64,000 nucleotides of DNA from Bacteroidales bacterium (GCA_052170555.1 JBQNAI010000005.1:63169-127168), one strand, 5' to 3'. Shown: positions 21,111 through 31,621, counted from the first letter of the stretch. Made by a program: numbers and translations. Notes: a model not told the origin generated them from the letters alone.

Positions 21111-22061
21111 TTAATCCATAAGATTATCTACAAGAATGTCTTCATATTTCAAAAGTGGATCTATATTCTTTCTTCCCTCAGGGAAAAGTTCTGAAATAAC
21201 CCATTTATCTATATCATTAGAGAATCTGTACTTGTTCAGTGCTAATCTATGAACAAATTCTGTCATATATTTCCCCCATACGGTCTCGACATGTGCTCTG
21301 TAATAAGATTGCAGAGCATTTTTGTATTCTTTTTTTATTTCTCCCTTTTCATCATAAATACTAGTATTCTCTAGACCCTTTGTAACTATAAAACAAAGTT
21401 CCTTTATTTCCCTTGTAACCAAATCATTCCTTGAAAAATCTTTTACCCTATCCAAAAGTTCATCCCGCCATTGAATTCTATACATAATTTCAGACGTAGA
21501 ATAAATCTGTTTTGCATGATGATAGGGTGGAAACTTTTGATAGTGAGGTGGAAAATCATATTCCTTAATCCAATGAGAACGATAAAAACGATAATCATCA
21601 GTTAAATATTTCTGAAGTTTAGAGAAAAGAAAATCCGGTTGTACAACAACAGCATAAGAAGTATCTTCATATGAAAAAACTCTATAGCCATACTTACTAT
21701 ACTCTTTCTCAAAAGATTTCATCCCAGAACGAATCCCAGCAATAACCTCTATATCTTTTATTTTCAAAGCACGAATTTCTTCATCCGACCAATGGATATG
21801 CAATGTGTTAGTCTTGTCTTCACAAGACAACTCATGATAATAATAAAGCAATTGATAAGCCCAATCGGCACATTGTTTATCATCCTTAAATTGTTTTTCA
21901 AACAAATCTATTGCTTTAAATATAACATCTCTCTCTGTAAATGGCAATTTAACCAAGTCGTGAGCAAATTTTGTCAGCTTTTCATCATCAAGATATTGGG
22001 TATTCTGACCATATGAAGCCATGCTAATAAGGACAATCAAGGCAAGAAAGATTTTTTTCAT
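21111..22061 (-). CDS. hypothetical secreted protein
   Basis: 316-aa ORF with signal peptide (SYG|QN) and its own TAACTTTG box. No family recognised. Confidence 0.55.
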   Translation of the reverse strand: MKKIFLALIVLISMASYGQNTQYLDDEKLTKFAHDLVKLPFTERDVIFKAIDLFEKQFKDDKQCADWAYQLLYYYHELSCEDKTNTLHIHWSDEEIRALKIKDIEVIAGIRSGMKSFEKEYSKYGYRVFSYEDTSYAVVVQPDFLFSKLQKYLTDDYRFYRSHWIKEYDFPPHYQKFPPYHHAKQIYSTSEIMYRIQWRDELLDRVKDFSRNDLVTREIKELCFIVTKGLENTSIYDEKGEIKKEYKNALQSYYRAHVETVWGKYMTEFVHRLALNKYRFSNDIDKWVISELFPEGRKNIDPLLKYEDILVDNLMD

Positions 22062-22106
22062 ATTGCTGTTATGTATTCTTTACAAATTAGTTATCAATTC
22101 ACTGTG

Positions 22107-22114
22107 CAAAGTTA
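22107..22114 (-). promoter_or_regulatory. -7 box TAACTTTG
   Basis: Exact TAnnTTTG on the minus strand, 45 nt upstream of the start at 22061. Confidence 0.55.
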
Positions 22115-22176
22115 AGAAAATAATCCAAAACATAAGATAAAAACGCCGAAAATTTGGTAGAAGTTAAAATAAATTG

Positions 22177-22184
22177 TACCTTTG
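22177..22184 (+). promoter_or_regulatory. -7 box TACCTTTG with upstream TTTG (22153-22156)
   Basis: Exact TAnnTTTG with a TTTG element about 20 nt upstream. It is 27 nt before the ATG at 22212. Confidence 0.65.
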
Positions 22185-22211
22185 CAACCTCATTTCAAGA
22201 TCTTAAGGAAG

Positions 22212-22481
22212 ATGAATAAACTGAAAATATCAAAAGTTTTGGACACTTTAGCATTAGTGTCAATAGTTCTCATATTTGCTTTGTATATATTTAGAAAACC
22301 ATCTTTTGACATCCTTAGTGTTTGCTTAATCTCAATAGCTATTTTAAAGGTTGGTGCATCTATGTTAAAAGCTACATATTTCAGTAATTTATGTAGAGAA
22401 GTGGAGAAAGAAAGAGATATTTTCAAAGAGAAAATTACATATTTGGAGAACGAAATTAATAAATTAAGTAACAAAGAATAA
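22212..22481 (+). CDS. small membrane protein (two TM segments, coiled-coil tail)
   Basis: 89-aa ORF from MNKLKISKVL. It is directly downstream of a strong promoter match and upstream of efp. Hydrophobic segments LALVSIVLIFALYIF and VCLISIAILKV. Confidence 0.5.
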   Translation: MNKLKISKVLDTLALVSIVLIFALYIFRKPSFDILSVCLISIAILKVGASMLKATYFSNLCREVEKERDIFKEKITYLENEINKLSNKE

Positions 22482-22495
22482 AAACAGAGTATTTT

Positions 22496-23062
22496 ATGGC
22501 AACAACAGCTGACATTAAGAAGGGACTTTGCATAGAAATGAACGGAGATTTACTATCCGTTGTTGAGTTTTTACATGTTAAACCCGGCAAAGGAAGTGCC
22601 TTTGTCAGAACAACACTCAAATCATTTAAAACAGGAAGAACTCTAGATCATACATTTCCTTCGGGGACTAAGATTGATATAGCACGAATAGAAAGAAGAC
22701 CTTATACGTTTTCTTACAAAGACGACATGGGATATCATTTTATGCACTCAGAAACTTGGGAAGAGGTAACGATCCAAGAAGATATTATCAATGCTCCGCA
22801 ATTCCTAATGGAAGGTCAAGCTGTGGAAATGATTGTTCATGCCGACACTGAAACTCCATTAAGTTGTGAGTTGCCAGCTTTTGTAGAAATGACAATAACT
22901 TATACAGAACCAGGAGTAAAAGGGAACACTGCTACCAATGCGATGAAAGATGCCACTGTAAATACAGGAGCCACTGTAAGAGTCCCCCTATTTATCAATG
23001 AGGGAGAAAAAATCAAAGTAGATACTCGTACAGCCGAATATTCAGAAAGAATTAGAAATTAA
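22496..23062 (+). CDS. efp: elongation factor P
   Basis: 188-aa ORF with HVKPGKGSAFVRT loop and three-domain EF-P length. Confidence 0.95.
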   Translation: MATTADIKKGLCIEMNGDLLSVVEFLHVKPGKGSAFVRTTLKSFKTGRTLDHTFPSGTKIDIARIERRPYTFSYKDDMGYHFMHSETWEEVTIQEDIINAPQFLMEGQAVEMIVHADTETPLSCELPAFVEMTITYTEPGVKGNTATNAMKDATVNTGATVRVPLFINEGEKIKVDTRTAEYSERIRN

Positions 23063-23084
23063 ATAGTTTTATGAACTTAAAAAA

Positions 23085-23127
23085 TGAAGTGTGAAATTGG
23101 AAAAATAATCTCACACTTTATTTTTTT
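23085..23127 (+). terminator. rho-independent terminator after efp
   Basis: aagtgtga / tcacactt stem (extends with one mismatch), followed by ttttttt. The stem is built from the M1 repeat core. Confidence 0.7.
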
Positions 23128-23130
23128 AAA

Positions 23131-23164
23131 GTCAAGAAAGAATTTATCCTTTTCAAAAAAGGAT
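23131..23164. repeat. intergenic mosaic repeat (M2 + M3)
   Basis: gtcaagaaagaattt (23131-23145), then atccttttcaaaaaaggat (23146-23164). The latter is itself an 8-bp-arm palindrome. Confidence 0.7.
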
Positions 23165-23443
23165 ATCACCTTTTTTTATATCTAAATAAATATTTCAATG
23201 CCTACATTTGTGTATTTAATATAAGAACAAATGTTAGCATATGTTAAAAACCAAGAAACAAAATAATATAAAATGGTCATTACATAATATCTTGCTACGC
23301 ATAAATAGAGTACTAGAATGTATATATTACAACAAATAGAATTCACCTAAAATTTGATAATAGAAGGTATCATTTTTGTCAGTCCTACTTACAATAAATT
23401 TTATATTTTCATGTTCTATATGAAATTTAAATTGAATGATACC

Positions 23444-26400
23444 ATGGTTGGAAAAAAAATATATATACTACTATTACTATGTACCATATTCTCTTACAAA
23501 GATTATGCACAAACAATAAAGTACCCTACAAAGAGCGTTTTAAGTAACGGTGTATGGTATTCTGTCAGCATAACTTCTGACGGTATATATAAATTGACAT
23601 ATGACGATTTTATTTCTTTGGGTGTAGCAAAGGACAGTATAGATTTTAATAATCTTTCCGTGTTTGGCAACGGAGGAAAACCCATTGGTGAGATAAGGGC
23701 TTCATACCAGTTTTCAGATTTAAAAGAAAATGCGATATATGTCAATGAAAAAGAGAAATATATATTATTTTATGCTCAAGCTACTACTCAGACTTCCTAT
23801 AATATTACACAAGAGGAGTTTTTTTGCACTTTACATCCATATGCGACTGAAACTAAATATTTTATTACCTTTGATAAGAACATCGGCAAGAAGAAAAGGA
23901 TATCTCCGATGAATAACATACCTACCGAATTTACCAAAAATTTGACACAAGTCAAAGATTATATTTTCTACAAAAGAGAATTAACAAATTTAGCACAATC
24001 AGGTCGCTATTGGTTCGGTGAGCGATTTTTACCAGTTGCAGCTGATTTACAAATTCCTATAAATTTACCAAACATTGTATCCGCAGAAAAAGCTAACATT
24101 AAAATACAACTTTTTGCCAATAGCTTACAACAATGTAGTTATGATATCAAATTAAACAACGAGAATTTGGGGAGCATTAATATAGGCACAAAAACAAGTG
24201 GAGAGGTTGCTCATCTTGGAATATTCAAAAAACAAGCTAATATATCTTCACCTACAAATAATTTTTCTTTACATTTTAACTCTTCTATTTCAACGGCTGA
24301 AGGTTGGTTGGACTATATACTTGTTAACTATACTAAAAAGCTTTACCTTAGTAACAATTATCTAAAATTTTATTCTATTGGCGACCAAACAAATCAATCA
24401 ATAAGATATACAGTCAGTAATGTTCGTTCAGCAAATACAATGGTTTGGGATGTAACTAACCCAACTGATGTGTCAACTATAACAAATACAACATTATTTA
24501 ATAATACACTTTCATTTAATGTTCCTTCTGATACGATAAGAAACATAATTATTCTAAATTCTTCCGATTTTCCTACCCCAGTATTAGAAGATACTGTGCT
24601 AAATCAAAATCTTCATGGTATAGATACGGCAGAATTTGTTATCATCAGTCATCCGAAGTTTATCAATCAGGCTGAACGATTGGCAGAAATACACAGAAGA
24701 TACGATAAAATTAAAGTGGCTGTTGTTCCGCTGCAAAATATCTTCAATGAGTTTTCCTCTGGAACAAAAGATTTTTTAGCTATAAGAGAATTTATTGCAA
24801 TGATGTATAACAAATCCAACTCCCAATTACCCAAAAACGTACTTCTATTTGGAGATGGCACATTCGACAACAAAAACATCTTACAATACAATAATAACTA
24901 TATACCCACATATCAAAGCAATGTACTCAATTCAACGGGAGACAATAATTATACCTCCGATGATGTTCTTGCCGCCATCGGTCCCACTTCAACTAATAGT
25001 ACGTACGACACTTTATTCGTTGGAATTGGACGCATCCCTGTTAATGATACAGTTACAGCAAATATTGTAGTAGATAAGTGCAAAAGGTATTTAAGTAAAT
25101 CAGATATACTGAAAAAGCAAGATGGAGATTGGCGTAATTCCATCCTATTAACAAGTGATGATATGGATGAATTGTTTGAAAAATATTTTAGAGACAATGC
25201 AGAGCATATCTCTTTTCAAATAGAGGAAACTAATCCAGGACTAAATGTTCAAAAGGTTTATGAAGATGCCTATAAAGAATACAATTCGTCTTCTGGCTCC
25301 ACTTATCCTGACGCTTCCAAAGCCATCAATGATCGTATGAATAAAGGATGCTTAGTTTTTAATTATCTTGGGCATGGTTCTCCCAACCATCTGTCAAGTG
25401 AAAGATTAATACAGATTCAGGATATCACAGCTTGGCAAAATTACGATAAACTTGGATTAATGATTACCTCAACTTGTGAATTTAATAGGTTTGATCTAGT
25501 AGATAAACAAGCAGCTGGTGAATATGTTTTAATAAGTGAAAATGGTGCTGGGATTGCTCTAATTGCTGCTGCAAGAAAAATATCGTCTAACGATCCAATT
25601 AATCGTAGTTTATTTAAATATGCTCTTGAAAAACAAGAAGATGGAAAACCCCTTACCTTTGGTCAAGTCATGCAGTATTCAAAAAATTTAGTTAACTCTG
25701 GGCATTACGGTAATAAGTTGGTAACATCTGAGAGAAGTATCACCCTTATAGGAGATCCTGCTTTGAGACTATCGTTACCTCAATACGATATAAACACCAT
25801 CAATGTGGAAGTAGTTTCTTCCAAGGCAAATTCTACAAAAAATAATAAAGACACAATAAGAGCGTTGTCCACCGTAGTTATTCAAGGAGAAATAACCGAT
25901 TCAAAAGGTCATAGAATAGACTCTTTTAACGGCTCTGTACAAGTTTCCTTGTACGATAAAAAAACTACATATTATATGTTGAACAATTCCAATCTAAATA
26001 TCAGTAAAAAAGATCTTGCTTTTGAACAACAAAACAATATACTACACAAGGGTAATACGAAGGTCATAAATGGATATTTCACTCACACCTTTACAGTTCC
26101 CAAAGACATTGCCTACAATTACGGTAAAGGTAAATTGAGCTATTATGCTCAATCGGATAGTACCGATGCCTCTGGTTTCTACGACGATTTTGTATTAGGG
26201 GGAATAGATACCAATGCTTCTGAAATTGAAGTTACAAGGCCAAAGATAGGACTATATCTAAACGATACTAATTTTGTAAATGGAGGTTTGTGTGATGAAA
26301 ATCCTAATTTATATGCTATCGTTTTAGACTCTGTGCCCATCAATACTGTCGGGTCTGGTCTAGGACATAATATAGTTGCTCGTCTGGATAATGCAGCTAA

Positions 26401-26884
26401 TACATTTATCCTTAACGATTATTACACAACCGATACTAAAAATCCTAATATCGGTTATATAACATATCCATTCAAAAACTTATCACAAGGCAAACATGTC
26501 TTGACCCTAAAAGTTTGGAATATATTTAATTTTTCCACAGAAACAACTATTACTTTCAATGTTAAACCATCTAATAGTAAGGAGTATGAAACGACTTCCT
26601 ATCCTAATCCTTTTAAGGACAAAACAACAATAGAACTTCGTTACAATCAACCTGAAAGTATCAATTCTGCTTATATTAAAATTTTTAATCAACAAGGTGC
26701 AATCGTTACCGAATTTGATATTAGTGATAAGATAGGAGCATACACAATAGGTCCAATCCACTGGGATAGAACAACAAAGGGTGGAGCTAAAGTCAAAAGT
26801 GGCATATATTTCTATTCAATCATTCTTAATACTATTGAAGGAGGCAAAATTATTAGAGGAAATAAAATGATTTTGTTGGATTGA
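23444..26884 (+). CDS. porU: T9SS C-terminal signal peptidase PorU (C25-like)
   Basis: Start taken at MVGKKIYILLLL, signal peptide (DYA|QT). Catalytic-type GHGSPNH and TSTCEF segments. C-terminal YPNPFKDKTTIEL... T9SS sorting domain. Followed by porV. Confidence 0.88.
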   Translation: MVGKKIYILLLLCTIFSYKDYAQTIKYPTKSVLSNGVWYSVSITSDGIYKLTYDDFISLGVAKDSIDFNNLSVFGNGGKPIGEIRASYQFSDLKENAIYVNEKEKYILFYAQATTQTSYNITQEEFFCTLHPYATETKYFITFDKNIGKKKRISPMNNIPTEFTKNLTQVKDYIFYKRELTNLAQSGRYWFGERFLPVAADLQIPINLPNIVSAEKANIKIQLFANSLQQCSYDIKLNNENLGSINIGTKTSGEVAHLGIFKKQANISSPTNNFSLHFNSSISTAEGWLDYILVNYTKKLYLSNNYLKFYSIGDQTNQSIRYTVSNVRSANTMVWDVTNPTDVSTITNTTLFNNTLSFNVPSDTIRNIIILNSSDFPTPVLEDTVLNQNLHGIDTAEFVIISHPKFINQAERLAEIHRRYDKIKVAVVPLQNIFNEFSSGTKDFLAIREFIAMMYNKSNSQLPKNVLLFGDGTFDNKNILQYNNNYIPTYQSNVLNSTGDNNYTSDDVLAAIGPTSTNSTYDTLFVGIGRIPVNDTVTANIVVDKCKRYLSKSDILKKQDGDWRNSILLTSDDMDELFEKYFRDNAEHISFQIEETNPGLNVQKVYEDAYKEYNSSSGSTYPDASKAINDRMNKGCLVFNYLGHGSPNHLSSERLIQIQDITAWQNYDKLGLMITSTCEFNRFDLVDKQAAGEYVLISENGAGIALIAAARKISSNDPINRSLFKYALEKQEDGKPLTFGQVMQYSKNLVNSGHYGNKLVTSERSITLIGDPALRLSLPQYDINTINVEVVSSKANSTKNNKDTIRALSTVVIQGEITDSKGHRIDSFNGSVQVSLYDKKTTYYMLNNSNLNISKKDLAFEQQNNILHKGNTKVINGYFTHTFTVPKDIAYNYGKGKLSYYAQSDSTDASGFYDDFVLGGIDTNASEIEVTRPKIGLYLNDTNFVNGGLCDENPNLYAIVLDSVPINTVGSGLGHNIVARLDNAANTFILNDYYTTDTKNPNIGYITYPFKNLSQGKHVLTLKVWNIFNFSTETTITFNVKPSNSKEYETTSYPNPFKDKTTIELRYNQPESINSAYIKIFNQQGAIVTEFDISDKIGAYTIGPIHWDRTTKGGAKVKSGIYFYSIILNTIEGGKIIRGNKMILLD

Positions 26885-26962
26885 GAAAAAAAATTAATTA
26901 CGAGTAATAATAAATTAATCTATATAACGTTTTAACAAGTCATAAACATTAAATAAAAAATC

Positions 26963-28156
26963 ATGAAGATTCACAGACCTCTCCTCTTCACCGTCATATT
27001 AAGCATGATGACAGTAATGTCTTTTGCACAAACAAGTCCGAAGATTATAGACAACGAAAACTATCAAGCACAATTGCTAAGACAAAAAAAAGAAGGAGCG
27101 AGAATTATTCCAACCGGTGTACCTCTATTAATGATAGCACCGGATTCTAGAGCCGGTGCCATGGGAGATATCGGAGTAGCTACAACTCCTGATGCAAATT
27201 CTAACCATTGGAATGCAGCAAAGTTAGCTTTTGCTAACAATAAGATGGCGGCATCCTTCACCTACTCTCCTTGGCTTAGAGATATAGTCGGAGATATTGA
27301 CCTCGCATATCTATCAGGTTATTATAAATTGAACGAAACCAGTGCTATAGGAACATCTTTAACCTACTTCTCATTAGGTAATATTCAGTTTACAGATTTA
27401 CAAGGTTCATCTATCGGAACATATAGCCCAAATGAATTTTCTTTTGATATATCCTATTCAATGAAGTTATCCGAAAGTTTAGCAGCATCGGTGACCGGTA
27501 AATACATTCGCTCAGATTTGACGCAGGGGCAAAATGTCGGCACAACAACAACTCATGCTGCTAATGCAGTTGCTGCTGATTTAGGTCTATATTATCAAAA
27601 AGATATAGTAACTGATAACCCTCAACAAATAGCTTTTGGCTTGCAAATTTCCAATTTGGGTAATAAAATTTCATATTCAGACGACGATATGGTATCAAGT
27701 TTTTTGCCTACGAACTTCCGTATTGGTGGAAGATATACCTACAATATGGATCAATTCAATAAATTTTCTTTTATGATGGATTTTAATAAATTATTAGTCC
27801 CTACCCCACCTATCAGAGATACATTGGGTAATGTTGCAGAGGGTAAAGAAAACAATGTTGGTGTGTTACAAGGAGTTTTCCAGTCTTTTTTTGATGCACC
27901 TGACGGATTTTCGGAAGAATTAAAAGAAATCAATATTTCTGCGGGTGCTGAGTATTGGTACAGTGATATCTTGGCAGTTCGTACAGGTTACTTCTTTGAG
28001 AACAAGAAAAAAGGCGATCGTCAATACTTTACTATGGGATTAGCCTTAAAGTACAATTCATTAGGTATAGACATATCTTATCTTGTACCTACTTCATCAC
28101 ACAATAATAACCCATTAAAGAACACTCTGAGAGTATCTCTTTCATTTAATTTTTAA
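26963..28156 (+). CDS. porV: T9SS outer-membrane shuttle protein PorV (LptO)
   Basis: 397-aa beta-barrel-like ORF with signal peptide (SFA|QT) and conserved N-terminal IPTGVPLLMIAPDSRAGAMGD. Located immediately after porU. Confidence 0.85.
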   Translation: MKIHRPLLFTVILSMMTVMSFAQTSPKIIDNENYQAQLLRQKKEGARIIPTGVPLLMIAPDSRAGAMGDIGVATTPDANSNHWNAAKLAFANNKMAASFTYSPWLRDIVGDIDLAYLSGYYKLNETSAIGTSLTYFSLGNIQFTDLQGSSIGTYSPNEFSFDISYSMKLSESLAASVTGKYIRSDLTQGQNVGTTTTHAANAVAADLGLYYQKDIVTDNPQQIAFGLQISNLGNKISYSDDDMVSSFLPTNFRIGGRYTYNMDQFNKFSFMMDFNKLLVPTPPIRDTLGNVAEGKENNVGVLQGVFQSFFDAPDGFSEELKEINISAGAEYWYSDILAVRTGYFFENKKKGDRQYFTMGLALKYNSLGIDISYLVPTSSHNNNPLKNTLRVSLSFNF

Positions 28157-28176
28157 TGGCTCCAAATTAACCGAAT

Positions 28177-28230
28177 AATGTCCCACATCGATAAATTCTT
28201 TTGAGAAAAGGATTTACTAATGTCAAGAAA
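28177..28230. repeat. intergenic mosaic repeat (M1 + M3 + M2)
   Basis: aatgtcccacat (28177-28188), aaattcttttgagaaaaggat (28193-28213) and taatgtcaagaaa (28218-28230). Confidence 0.65.
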
Positions 28231-28284
28231 CAATTTTGTAAAATTTCTTATCTATTCTTATCTTCTATAAAAAAAATTGTAGTT

Positions 28285-28767
28285 ATGAAACTTAAAATCG
28301 GAATAGGATATGATATCCATCAATTAAGTGAAGGTAACAGTCTATTTTTAGGGGGAGTTGAAATAAAAAATTCTCTTGTGAGAGCCATAGGTCATTCTGA
28401 TGCAGACTGTCTGATCCATGCTATCATAGATTCTCTACTTGGTGCTGCAAATCTTAGGGATATAGGCTTTCAGTATCCTGATAACGATATGAAATATAAG
28501 GACATTGACAGTAAACAATTATTGAAAGATACTTTTAATAAAATTGTAGAAAAGGGGTTTAGTATAGAAAATATAGATGCAACCATTTGTTTACAAAAAC
28601 CAAAGGTTAGTAAATTTATTCCCAAAATGCAAGAAACTTTGGCAAATATTCTTGCGATAGATACCGAAGATATATCAATAAAAGCAACAACTTCTGAAAA
28701 ATTAGGTTTTATCGGGAGGATGGAGGGAATAGCGGCATATAGCGTATGCCTACTAAAAAAAATGTAA
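28285..28767 (+). CDS. ispF: 2-C-methyl-D-erythritol 2,4-cyclodiphosphate synthase
   Basis: 160-aa ORF from MKLKIGIGYDIHQL, with GHSDADCLIHA and KATTSEKLGFIGR motifs. The track's 28-codon N-terminal extension covers a repeat element. Confidence 0.93.
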   Translation: MKLKIGIGYDIHQLSEGNSLFLGGVEIKNSLVRAIGHSDADCLIHAIIDSLLGAANLRDIGFQYPDNDMKYKDIDSKQLLKDTFNKIVEKGFSIENIDATICLQKPKVSKFIPKMQETLANILAIDTEDISIKATTSEKLGFIGRMEGIAAYSVCLLKKM

Positions 28768-28946
28768 CAACTTGTAACTTTTTTACATTTACATTAGTAT
28801 ACTCCACAATAAAAAGAATAAACTGTAAATAACTGTACAAAATTATTTTTTGTAGATTTACATCAATTTTAAGGTGTCATATCATTTTTTTTTTGTAATA
28901 TTGCAGTTTGAAATTAAGAATTTGTCAAACAAATATTTATAGGAAT

Positions 28947-29957
28947 ATGTCTTTAAATGTAATGAAAAGAACAGTATTAGGGGTGCTTTTTGCGTACATC
29001 ATGATATCGTACATCACAGAGACCAAAGCACAAGATCCACATTTTTCACAATTCTTTGCCAATCCTATATATACAAATCCAGCTTTTACAGGTGCCGCTG
29101 TATGTCCAAGGGTTGGCATCACTTATCGTGATCAATGGCCGTCCTTAGGTGCATTTAAGACATTTTCAGCATCTTATGATCAATTTTTTGATATAATCTC
29201 CGGCGGTATAGGTCTATATATTATGAGCGATAAACAAAGTGATTTTTATAGAGTCAACTCTGCTGAATTAATTTATTCATTACGTCTAAGGCTAAGCACT
29301 GATATCACGTTGAATCTTGCAGCACAAGCAGAGATTACTAATCATGCATTGAATTGGGATGAGCTTATTTTCCCGGATATGATAGATACTCGTTACGGTC
29401 AAATATACAGAACAACATTAGCAAAAATGCCCGACAAGACTTCCAAAACGTATTTTGATATTGGTACAGGAGCTCTTTTATTTTCAGAAAACTGGTATGT
29501 TGGGTTTTCTGCTGTAAATTTGCTTCGTCCCGACGAAGGTTTCATTTCTTATAATCGTCTTCCTATCAAATTTACTGCAAACGCTGGGATGAGATTTAAT
29601 TTAAAACGAGATGCAAGGCGTACCAATGCTTTGTTTGGACAACCTATTATTTCGCCAAATATTATTTATCAACATCAAGGAGAATTCAATACTCTTAACT
29701 ATGGAGCATACTTGGATTGGAGTCCATTCGTTTTTGGTGTATGGTTCCGCCAGTCTATGGCAATAGAAAATAGAGATGCCTTGATACTGTTGTTTGGATT
29801 GGAATGGGGTGACTACAAAATAGGTTATAGTTATGATATAACGGTGTCTACATTGTCTAATGTCTCAGGTGGGGCACACGAGATTTCATTAGGAGCCAAA
29901 TTCCCTTGTCCTGAAAAACATAAAAGAATTAGAGCAATTAAGTGCCCTTCATTCTAA
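28947..29957 (+). CDS. PorP/SprF-family T9SS membrane protein
   Basis: Hallmark AQDPHFSQFFANPIYTNPAFTG after the signal peptide, with beta-barrel-like remainder. The start may be 28962 instead. Confidence 0.82.
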   Translation: MSLNVMKRTVLGVLFAYIMISYITETKAQDPHFSQFFANPIYTNPAFTGAAVCPRVGITYRDQWPSLGAFKTFSASYDQFFDIISGGIGLYIMSDKQSDFYRVNSAELIYSLRLRLSTDITLNLAAQAEITNHALNWDELIFPDMIDTRYGQIYRTTLAKMPDKTSKTYFDIGTGALLFSENWYVGFSAVNLLRPDEGFISYNRLPIKFTANAGMRFNLKRDARRTNALFGQPIISPNIIYQHQGEFNTLNYGAYLDWSPFVFGVWFRQSMAIENRDALILLFGLEWGDYKIGYSYDITVSTLSNVSGGAHEISLGAKFPCPEKHKRIRAIKCPSF

Positions 29958-30028
29958 TAATTTTGTAACAAAAAAAGTGAATTTTTCGTAGTTTAATAAC
30001 ACATTAGAGTCTAAAATAATATAACAAT

Positions 30029-31621
30029 ATGAGAACCATAGCATCATTAAGTAAGATTGTATTGACTGTTTCCAGTTTATTGTTGCTTGCAAGTTGCGGA
30101 AACAAGAACCGATCTCAAAAAACAGGTTGGAATTATGACGATCCCAAATGGGGAGGTTTTGAATCAGCAAAAAATAAAGAGATGTCAACTCCCCCAGGAA
30201 TGGTATTTATTGAAGGAGGGGCTTTTATTATGGGGCGAACTACTGACAATGTTCGTTATGAATGGGATAATCAACCACACAAAGTAACAGTTTCTTCTTT
30301 TTATATGGACGAATGTGAGGTTACTAATGAAGACTATAGAGAATATCTGTATTGGTTAAACCGCGTATATGTAGATTATCCTGAATATTGCGAAAAACAG
30401 CTCCCTGATACATTGGTTTGGAGGACTAAACTAACTTACAATGAGCCTATGGTTGATTATTATTTCCGTCATCCTGCATGGTCCAATTATCCGGTGGTAG
30501 GTGTGAATTGGTTACAGGCAACAGACTATTGTGCTTGGAGAACTGACCGTTTGAATGAGAAAGCTTTGATTGATGCAGGTGTGTTAGAAATTGATCCTGA
30601 TCAAAGTAATGAAAATGTCTTTACAACTGAAGCTTATCTGACAGGACAATATGAAGGTTTTGTAAAAAGAGATCTTAAGGATTTGAATCCTAATAGCGAA
30701 GGTACAAGAAAAGTAAATATGGGTGATGGAATTATTTTTCCTAAGTTCAGGCTTCCGACTGAGTCTGAGTGGGAATATGCAGCATTGGGTCTGATTGGCA
30801 ATACTACAAAAGAAGGGCGTATCATAGAAAGGAGGATTTATCCGTGGAACGGACACGTTGTGCGTACCGATCAGAAAAAATACTATGGAGAAATGTTAGC
30901 TAATTTCAAACGTTCGAGAGGAGACGGAATGGGAGTGGCAAGTGTGTTGAATGATCATTGGGAATATACGGCACCTGTCAATTATTACTTCCCTAACGAT
31001 TATGGTCTTTACAATATGGCGGGGAATGTGTCCGAATGGGTATTAGATGTCTATCGTCCAAACACTCCATCAGATGCTGGGGACATCAATCCTTTCCGTG
31101 GTAATGTATATATGACAAAGGTTTTGGATGAAGACGGGATGATTGCAGAAAAAGACTCTTTGGGACGTATTCAATATAGAGAGGTTACCATAGAAGACAA
31201 TATCGGCAGGAGAAACTACAGGCAAGCGGACAATATTAATTATCTTGATGGGGATTTAGCATCTCAGCTAGATCAAAGTGCCTGGGAACAGAATAGTAAA
31301 GAAATGGCCAAAAGTTCAGGACTTAATCTCAGTGGTATGAATGAGGACGATGAATTAACATCTGATACAACAAATGAAGATGAAGAAAATGATGGAAATA
31401 ATAACAAGAACAACAGTATTTCTAACGGGATGTATGAGTATGGGAAACACTCTTTACTAAACGATAAATCAAGAGTGGTAAAGGGTGGATCGTGGAAAGA
31501 TCGTGCTTTATTCTTATCTCCGGGGGAGAGACGTTATTTAGATCAGGCCCAAAGTACAGACTGGATAGGATTCCGTTGCGTTATGGATAGAGTTGGCACC
31601 AGAGAATTAAGGAAAAGGTAA
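30029..31621 (+). CDS. gldJ: gliding-motility/T9SS lipoprotein GldJ (SUMF1/FGE fold)
   Basis: Lipobox LLLASCG, KTGWNYDDPKWGGFE and YREYLYWL segments as in GldJ, FGE-type C-terminus (GGSWKD, GFRCV). Linkage to porU/porV as in Flavobacterium. Confidence 0.75.
   Translation: MRTIASLSKIVLTVSSLLLLASCGNKNRSQKTGWNYDDPKWGGFESAKNKEMSTPPGMVFIEGGAFIMGRTTDNVRYEWDNQPHKVTVSSFYMDECEVTNEDYREYLYWLNRVYVDYPEYCEKQLPDTLVWRTKLTYNEPMVDYYFRHPAWSNYPVVGVNWLQATDYCAWRTDRLNEKALIDAGVLEIDPDQSNENVFTTEAYLTGQYEGFVKRDLKDLNPNSEGTRKVNMGDGIIFPKFRLPTESEWEYAALGLIGNTTKEGRIIERRIYPWNGHVVRTDQKKYYGEMLANFKRSRGDGMGVASVLNDHWEYTAPVNYYFPNDYGLYNMAGNVSEWVLDVYRPNTPSDAGDINPFRGNVYMTKVLDEDGMIAEKDSLGRIQYREVTIEDNIGRRNYRQADNINYLDGDLASQLDQSAWEQNSKEMAKSSGLNLSGMNEDDELTSDTTNEDEENDGNNNKNNSISNGMYEYGKHSLLNDKSRVVKGGSWKDRALFLSPGERRYLDQAQSTDWIGFRCVMDRVGTRELRKR

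Noticed and set aside
22190-22474. 94-codon ORF on the minus strand, almost exactly mirroring the plus-strand ORF 22182-22481
   Set aside because: Only the plus-strand ORF has a matching TACCTTTG/TTTG promoter (22153-22184), TM-helix-like segments, and co-orientation with efp. The mirror ORF has no upstream signal and would run into that promoter.
23354-23443. N-terminal extensions of track ORFs (also 5895-5933, 10158-10199, 17068-17121, 28201-28284, 36744-36845, 39599-39676, 46085-46150, 50955-51065, 57321-57359)
   Set aside because: These extensions begin at non-ATG codons or lie upstream of a TAnnTTTG box, a repeat element, or the homologous start or signal peptide. Internal ATGs give N-termini that match the families.
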